From the UHGV virus genome UHGV-0384247: 40,270 nt of DNA; one strand, written 5' to 3'. The notes below the pieces were generated by a model. That model was not told the origin of the DNA. It worked only from the letters and a program-made list of their open reading frames with translations, and ran no database searches. The translations under genes and the position numbers were made by a program. Origin of the DNA: a virus. Positions 35,506 through 40,270 of the stretch are shown here, in pieces. Position 1 is the first letter of the stretch; each line of letters starts with the position of its first letter.

Positions 35506-36372
35506 ATGTCAAAACGATACTACTGGCTTAAGCTACAGAAAGATTTTTTTACACAGCCCAAAATTAAAAAGTTACGGAAAATTGCTGGCGGCGATACTTA
35601 TACCATTATCTATTTAAAAATGCAGCTGCTGAGTTTAAGCAATGGCGGAAAGCTGTTTTTTGATGGGATTGAAGAGAGTTTTTCAGAAGAAATTGCTCTG
35701 ACAATAGATGAAGATCCAGACAATGTGAAAGTAACTGTGCAATACCTACTATCTCAAGGACTTATTGAGCCCTGTTCCGAAACAGAATTTTTAATGACGG
35801 AAACCCAGTCTTTAATCTGCTCGGAATCGGAATCAGCGGAGCGTGTCAGGGCATCAAGAAAAAATAAGGCGTTACAATGTAACACGAATGTAACAGAGTG
35901 TAACAACAATGTGCAGAAGTGTAACACAGATATAGATATAGAGTTAGATAATAGAGATAGAGTAAGAGATAAGACTGATAGCAAAATAAGCTATCAGCTG
36001 ATCGCCGACACATTTAATGATATCTGTAAGAGTTTTGATAGAGTTGAGCGGATTTCCGATAGCAGGAAGGAAGATATTGATGCAGCCTGTAAGAAATTTG
36101 GTTTTGAACAGATCAGAACCGCATTTGCAAAAGCAGAGAACAGTAAATTCCTGAAAGGCGAAGAATGCAAAGGGGCTTATAAATTCAAGGCGAATTTTAA
36201 CTGGATTATCAAAGAAGAGAATTTAAAAAAGATTCTAGGAGGAAATTTTGATAATGAGCCGGGAAGAACAGAGAAGCAATCAAAACCGCCAGTAAGCAGA
36301 AATCTAAACAACTTTGAGCGCAGAGGATACGACATGGACTCTCTGGAAGAGCAACTACTGAACTCGAATTAA
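35506..36372 (+). CDS. phage replisome organizer (DnaD-like N-terminal domain)
   Basis: N-terminus YYWLKLQKDFFTQPKIKKLRKIAGGDTYTIIYLKMQLLSL is the phage_rep_org_N signature. Confidence 0.7.
   Translation: MSKRYYWLKLQKDFFTQPKIKKLRKIAGGDTYTIIYLKMQLLSLSNGGKLFFDGIEESFSEEIALTIDEDPDNVKVTVQYLLSQGLIEPCSETEFLMTETQSLICSESESAERVRASRKNKALQCNTNVTECNNNVQKCNTDIDIELDNRDRVRDKTDSKISYQLIADTFNDICKSFDRVERISDSRKEDIDAACKKFGFEQIRTAFAKAENSKFLKGEECKGAYKFKANFNWIIKEENLKKILGGNFDNEPGRTEKQSKPPVSRNLNNFERRGYDMDSLEEQLLNSN
35871..35990 (+). repeat. iteron array (five or more TGTAACA repeats at ~11-bp phasing plus AT-rich TAGAG/AGATA repeats) inside the organizer gene; candidate ori
   Basis: caATGTAACAcgaATGTAACAgagTGTAACAacaATGTGCAgaagTGTAACAcag followed by gatatagatatagagttagataatagagatagagtaagagataaga. 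Confidence 0.55.
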
Positions 36373-36381
36373 GGAGGAACT

Positions 36382-36564
36382 ATGGAACCGAAGAAAGTAA
36401 CAATAAATTACGCTCTGCTCTGCAAGGAACTAGAAAAGCAGGGCAAGACGAAAGAGAAATTCTCGGCAGAACTCGGGAGAAGCAAGTCTTTTGTCTGCAA
36501 TATGGCAGCGTTTATGTACGGCAGCACCAAGCGCAAGAGAAAGAAGAGGGTGAGAGGAAAATGA
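36382..36564 (+). CDS. small basic HTH-like protein
   Basis: 60 aa; AELGRSKSFVCNM helix-turn-helix-like; Lys/Arg tail. Confidence 0.3.
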   Translation: MEPKKVTINYALLCKELEKQGKTKEKFSAELGRSKSFVCNMAAFMYGSTKRKRKKRVRGK

Positions 36565-36860
36565 GTAGAGCAGCACATTTTTTGGATAAGTACCGATTCC
36601 AGATTGAAGAGATGGTGAAACTTAGATGCACAGACGATCATATCCTCAAGGTCTTACACGACACCCAAAAGGATGTGCAGTTCTCAAAGGAAACTCTCGT
36701 CCGCTACATGGATGAGACTGGGATCCGGAAACGCAGAGTAGTAAAAGGATGGACGCAGGAACAGGTCTTTGAATGGGAGGAATACTGCAAAAATCTAAGA
36801 GGAAACGAGAGAATCAAAGGAATGTTGATCGTTCCGGGAGATAAGAAGAAAGAAAAATAG
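36561..36860 (+). CDS. hypothetical protein
   Basis: 99 aa; translationally coupled to the preceding gene. Confidence 0.4.
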   Translation: MSRAAHFLDKYRFQIEEMVKLRCTDDHILKVLHDTQKDVQFSKETLVRYMDETGIRKRRVVKGWTQEQVFEWEEYCKNLRGNERIKGMLIVPGDKKKEK

Positions 36861-36910
36861 AAAGGAGCCAGCCTCCGGCCGGGGCAAGGGTATACCGGGC
36901 TTCTGAGAAA

Positions 36911-37795
36911 ATGGATAAAGAGAAAAAAGCAATCGAAAGAATTAAAATGGCAAGTGAAATGAGTCTGCATCACTATGGTAGACCGCTTATTTGCACATAC
37001 AGCGGAGGAAAAGATAGTGATGTGATGTTAGAGATTTTTAAGCGATCCGGAATCCCGTTTGAAGTGCATAACAGCCATACAACGGCAGATGCGCCACAGA
37101 CAGTTCGGCATATCCGGAAGGTATTCCGAGAACTGGAACTGCATGGAATTAGGTGCGAAATAGAAAAACCACGCTATAAAGGAAAATTGATTAGCATGTG
37201 GAGCTTAATTCCAGAAAAGCTTATTCCGCCGACAAGAATTGTAAGATACTGTTGCTCTACGCTGAAAGAAACTGGATGTGCAAACCGGTATATCGCAACC
37301 GGAGTAAGATGGGACGAAAGTACTTCCAGATTGAAAAGGGAAGAGTTTGAAAAGCTCGGACAAACCCAAAAAGAGAAAGAAAAATTTACGAAGATAATGC
37401 TGATGGAGGATAACGATGCACGAAGACGGATGAGTGAGCTATGTATGCAGCAGAAAAAAATGATTGTAAATCCTATCATAGATTGGACGCATAGTGATAT
37501 CTGGGGATATATAAATTCCGAGAAAATAGAGACGTGCGAGCTGTACCAGTGCGGATATGATCGTGTGGGGTGCATTGGTTGCGTGATGGCAGGAAAGAAA
37601 CGATACAAAGAATTTGCAGACTTCCCGGGATACAAGAAATTATACATACATGCGTTTGAAAGAATGTTGCAAGAAAGAACAAGGAGAGGAAAAGAGAATA
37701 CGTGGAAAACAGGAGAAGAAGTTTTTAACTGGTGGATGGAAGACGAAAATATACCAGGGCAAATGAGCATAGAAGACTTTATTACGGAGGAATAG
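36911..37795 (+). CDS. phosphoadenosine-phosphosulfate (PAPS) reductase family protein (PP-loop ATP pyrophosphatase, DndC-like)
   Basis: PP-loop CTYSGGKDSDVM; C-terminal Cys cluster CELYQCGYDRVGCIGCVMA. Confidence 0.75.
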   Translation: MDKEKKAIERIKMASEMSLHHYGRPLICTYSGGKDSDVMLEIFKRSGIPFEVHNSHTTADAPQTVRHIRKVFRELELHGIRCEIEKPRYKGKLISMWSLIPEKLIPPTRIVRYCCSTLKETGCANRYIATGVRWDESTSRLKREEFEKLGQTQKEKEKFTKIMLMEDNDARRRMSELCMQQKKMIVNPIIDWTHSDIWGYINSEKIETCELYQCGYDRVGCIGCVMAGKKRYKEFADFPGYKKLYIHAFERMLQERTRRGKENTWKTGEEVFNWWMEDENIPGQMSIEDFITEE

Positions 37796-38182
37796 GTGAT
37801 GGGAAAAGTTGATGATTATACAGCCGGTAGATCACAGGGATTGATTCTAGCAAGGGAGATTGTAAAAAAAGACGGTATCGAGGGACTGGAGAAAGAAATC
37901 CAGTTCCGGAATATCACAGGAATAAATACAGCATTAACCAGAAAAGAACTAAACATTGCCTGCGAGAAGATTAAAAACATGACGCTGGACACAATGATGG
38001 TGATCGCAGTTGCGACACTGCACGACGAATTCGGTTTTGCCGGGAAACGGTGCAAGAGATTTATTGACCGGATGAACCTTAAGGCAGAGTGTCTGGTGGA
38101 TGATATGGCAACGTGGGACGAATACACAAAGATGATTAAGGATGAGATCGGAATCGAGATGACGATACGGAGGAATGACTAA
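37796..38182 (+). CDS. hypothetical protein
   Basis: 128 aa; start overlaps the PAPS-reductase gene stop. Confidence 0.4.
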   Translation: MMGKVDDYTAGRSQGLILAREIVKKDGIEGLEKEIQFRNITGINTALTRKELNIACEKIKNMTLDTMMVIAVATLHDEFGFAGKRCKRFIDRMNLKAECLVDDMATWDEYTKMIKDEIGIEMTIRRND

Positions 38183-38546
38183 TGCCAAAATGAAAGAAAC
38201 ACCAGAACAAATTATCAACAAATGCGTGAATAGCATAGTCAAAGAGATAGCGAGATGGAAATACATACAAGAGCATGGATGCAACGATCCGTTCTGGCCA
38301 GATGGATGCAACATGAATCTTACAAGAAACCATATTATAAGCTACAAGCATGATATACGGGAGATGTGCGAAGAGAATAATATGCCACTGCCGGAGGGAT
38401 ATTACCTGCCAACGCCGCCGGAAGTTGATAACAACTACATGGCTAGCCTAAAGCAGAAAGAGAGAGTCGAAAGAATGTGCCGGTATGGAGCGAAGTTTAC
38501 GAAGAAAAAGACAGAATATGACTTAGAACAAATGAGTTTGTTTTAA
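38175..38546 (+). CDS. hypothetical protein; start region embedded in a 24-nt junction cassette with no SD spacing
   Basis: 123 aa; Cys/His-containing; see findings for the start-site anomaly. Confidence 0.35.
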   Translation: MTNAKMKETPEQIINKCVNSIVKEIARWKYIQEHGCNDPFWPDGCNMNLTRNHIISYKHDIREMCEENNMPLPEGYYLPTPPEVDNNYMASLKQKERVERMCRYGAKFTKKKTEYDLEQMSLF

Positions 38547-38560
38547 CGGAGGAATGACTA

Positions 38561-39001
38561 ATGCCAAAAACAGAAGAAACATGGATGGACGGGATCACCT
38601 CAGAAATGATGGAGCATATATGCGACAACCTGTGCAAGCATCCAGATCAGTTAAGCGGTGAAGCACTGGAAGATAAATGCGCAGAGTGTAAGATGGGACG
38701 GTTTGTGCGCGATATTTTGAACCAATATAACAAGGTGAATGATTTTACAAACAGCCAGTGTGCGAAGCTGTTGGAGCAGATGCATGAGCTGGAAGAGCGT
38801 GATACGGCGAAGAAACCGAAAAAATACGGAGTGACAGACAGCCAAGGTGTATTCTATCCATTGGTTGGAGTTGATGGAGTACCGTATGACTTATGTCCGA
38901 ATTGTGATAGTAATTTATGTACAACTGGTATGTTTAGAAGAAGCAAAGAAAGAATGAAGTATTGTGAGAAGTGCGGCCAGAGATTAGATTGGAGTGAGTA
39001 A
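38561..39001 (+). CDS. Cys-rich hypothetical protein (multiple CxxC pairs)
   Basis: 146 aa; SD GGAGGA with a 7-nt spacer; CxxC motifs CAECK, CPNCDSNLC, CEKCG. Confidence 0.4.
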   Translation: MPKTEETWMDGITSEMMEHICDNLCKHPDQLSGEALEDKCAECKMGRFVRDILNQYNKVNDFTNSQCAKLLEQMHELEERDTAKKPKKYGVTDSQGVFYPLVGVDGVPYDLCPNCDSNLCTTGMFRRSKERMKYCEKCGQRLDWSE

Positions 39002-39212
39002 CATGGAAGAATTAAAGAAATGCCCGTTTTGCGATTCCGACAGAGGATATTATATGCTGGAAAGAGTACATAGAGCTTTATTGTTTAATTTTGACGGTGA
39101 ACCGATCGGAGGAACAGAAGATATGACAGACTATGCGGGGCGTAGAAAACAATGTATCAACTGTCATAAGATACTCCCCAAAAAAATGTTTGAGGAAGTG
39201 ATGGAAAAGTAA
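38994..39212 (+). CDS. small zinc-ribbon protein (CPFC...CINCHK)
   Basis: 72 aa. Confidence 0.35.
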   Translation: MSNMEELKKCPFCDSDRGYYMLERVHRALLFNFDGEPIGGTEDMTDYAGRRKQCINCHKILPKKMFEEVMEK

Positions 39213-39275
39213 ATTATTATTCCAAATTTCAGAAGAGCATTTGGAAAAATATTTTGAACTGTTGGAGGTGGAGTG

Positions 39276-39428
39276 ATGAAAAAATATGATATTTTAATTG
39301 CAAAATTGTATGCGTGCTGTGGAAATCAGGAAGAGTTTCCGCGTGAGCCGATTACCGTTGATACTAATAAAATGAGTGAGTTATTAGAAGGTGTATTTAT
39401 AGAAGCGGGATTGTTGGAGGTAGAGTGA
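39276..39428 (+). CDS. small hypothetical protein (50 aa)
   Basis: preceded by the cassette TTGGAGGTGGAGTGATGAAAA, which recurs before the next gene. Confidence 0.25.
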   Translation: MKKYDILIAKLYACCGNQEEFPREPITVDTNKMSELLEGVFIEAGLLEVE

Positions 39429-39619
39429 TGAAAATAATGATAACTATATTGCGCAAAAATGGAGAATGCAGAACTTGGACAAATGCAAGTGCGGAAGAAC
39501 ACTTAGTAATGAGTCTTACAGCTTACGCGGAAGGTGTAAAAAGATGTGCGGAATCATGGGGAAAAGAAACGGAAGAAGTGGAAAGAGTGCTGAAAGAAGC
39601 GCTGGAAAACGAGAAATAA
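39425..39619 (+). CDS. hypothetical protein
   Basis: 64 aa; the same leader cassette as the previous gene. Confidence 0.35.
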   Translation: MMKIMITILRKNGECRTWTNASAEEHLVMSLTAYAEGVKRCAESWGKETEEVERVLKEALENEK

Positions 39620-39622
39620 AGT

Positions 39623-39811
39623 ATGAACGTATTAGAGAAAATCGTGGAAGAAATCGAATCCATGAAAAATGACGCCTACGAAACACTGAAGGAAGAAAAG
39701 AAAAGACATGGAGCGAGCAAAACAGCAGAAGAGCTGGAAAGCTATATGTATGGGCTGACTCGCGCAGTAGATATTGTGGAGAAGTATGTGGATAAGGAGA
39801 ATGTGGAATGA
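39623..39811 (+). CDS. hypothetical protein (N-terminus MNVLEKIVEEI, paralogous to the next gene)
   Basis: 62 aa. Confidence 0.35.
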   Translation: MNVLEKIVEEIESMKNDAYETLKEEKKRHGASKTAEELESYMYGLTRAVDIVEKYVDKENVE

Positions 39812-40270
39812 ACGTATTAGAAAAGATTTTGGAAGAGATAGGAAATGCATCAATTAAAGTGTCTACTGTAGGATTACCGCATAAATACTTTAAAGCGATC
39901 GGAACTAAAAAGATCGAGGAAATCATCCGTTCTCACATGGACGATATTCCAAATTGCGGAGATTGCAGTCGAAGAAAGCAGTATCAGATCGGATATGAAG
40001 ACGGGAAGAAAGATAAAGACTGGATTTCAGTAGAAGATAGATTGCCAGAAGATGATGATATGAGATTCTATATGTGTATTGTCGAAAATCACGAAGAGGA
40101 TTTGCCGATGTTCTGCCAGTATGATAGTGAATATGGATTTGGATTTTGGCATGATATTTACGATTCGACAAGTTTAGGATTTGTTGATACGGAGTTTAGT
40201 ACAAATGATGAATTGGGGTATGAAAAGGTTGTAGCATGGCAGCCACTTCCAGAACCATACAAGGAGGAAT
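39808..40270 (+). CDS. DUF551-like phage protein (WISVEDRLPEDDD motif), 3'-truncated by the window end
   Basis: N-terminus MNVLEKILEEI; WISVEDRLPE matches DUF551; the ORF runs to the window edge. Confidence 0.45.
   Translation, partial: MNVLEKILEEIGNASIKVSTVGLPHKYFKAIGTKKIEEIIRSHMDDIPNCGDCSRRKQYQIGYEDGKKDKDWISVEDRLPEDDDMRFYMCIVENHEEDLPMFCQYDSEYGFGFWHDIYDSTSLGFVDTEFSTNDELGYEKVVAWQPLPEPYKEE

Noticed and set aside
1-40270. Looked for CRISPR arrays, rRNA, IS/transposon ends and host flanking genes
   Set aside because: There are no spacer-repeat arrays, no rRNA-like segments and no transposase genes. Both window ends are still phage genes, so no host/prophage boundary is visible here.

Overview
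The whole 40.3 kb window is a temperate siphovirus genome (Firmicutes/Clostridia-type signals, about 40% GC) laid out in circularly permuted order, with no host genes visible. It looks like a free or episomal phage genome rather than an integrated prophage with host flanks. From left to right: (1) 1-2.5 kb, small unknown genes, an ArpU/sigma-like late regulator, a terminator, a tRNA-like minihelix and a genuine tRNA-Asn(GTT). (2) 2.5-21.7 kb, one co-directional late operon: TerS, PBSX-type TerL, SPP1-type portal, MuF/gp7 minor head protein with an extra C-terminal region, a small HExxH protein, a Prp-like cysteine protease, scaffold, HK97-fold major capsid, a collagen-like small protein, connector, head closure, gp10-like, tail completion, major tail protein, G/GT chaperone pair, 1057-aa tape measure, Dit, and a 1434-aa collagen-repeat tail fibre/Tal. 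(3) 21.7-23.4 kb, lysis: TcdE-type holin, two small extra genes each preceded by the same hairpin motif, and an Amidase_3 endolysin. (4) 23.4-27.6 kb, lysogeny on the minus strand: a candidate attP inverted repeat, a large serine recombinase, a DUF4041/T5orf172 (GIY-YIG-like) accessory gene, an ImmA-like metalloprotease and an XRE (ImmR/CI-like) repressor, with a divergent early promoter. (5) 27.6-40.3 kb, early genes: Cro-like regulator, three antirepressor paralogs, a minus-strand moron, YqaJ exonuclease, a DUF1351-like protein, RecT, SSB, an Hjc-like resolvase, a replisome organizer with internal iterons, a PAPS-reductase-like protein, small Zn-ribbon proteins and paralogous small genes sharing repeated junction cassettes. 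The most notable signal is a conserved lysine-rich peptide encoded in the -1 frame across the stop codons of both the major capsid and the major tail genes. It is preceded in both places by the same GGGGGAATA motif and shows a synonymous-substitution pattern, which points to programmed frameshift extensions.
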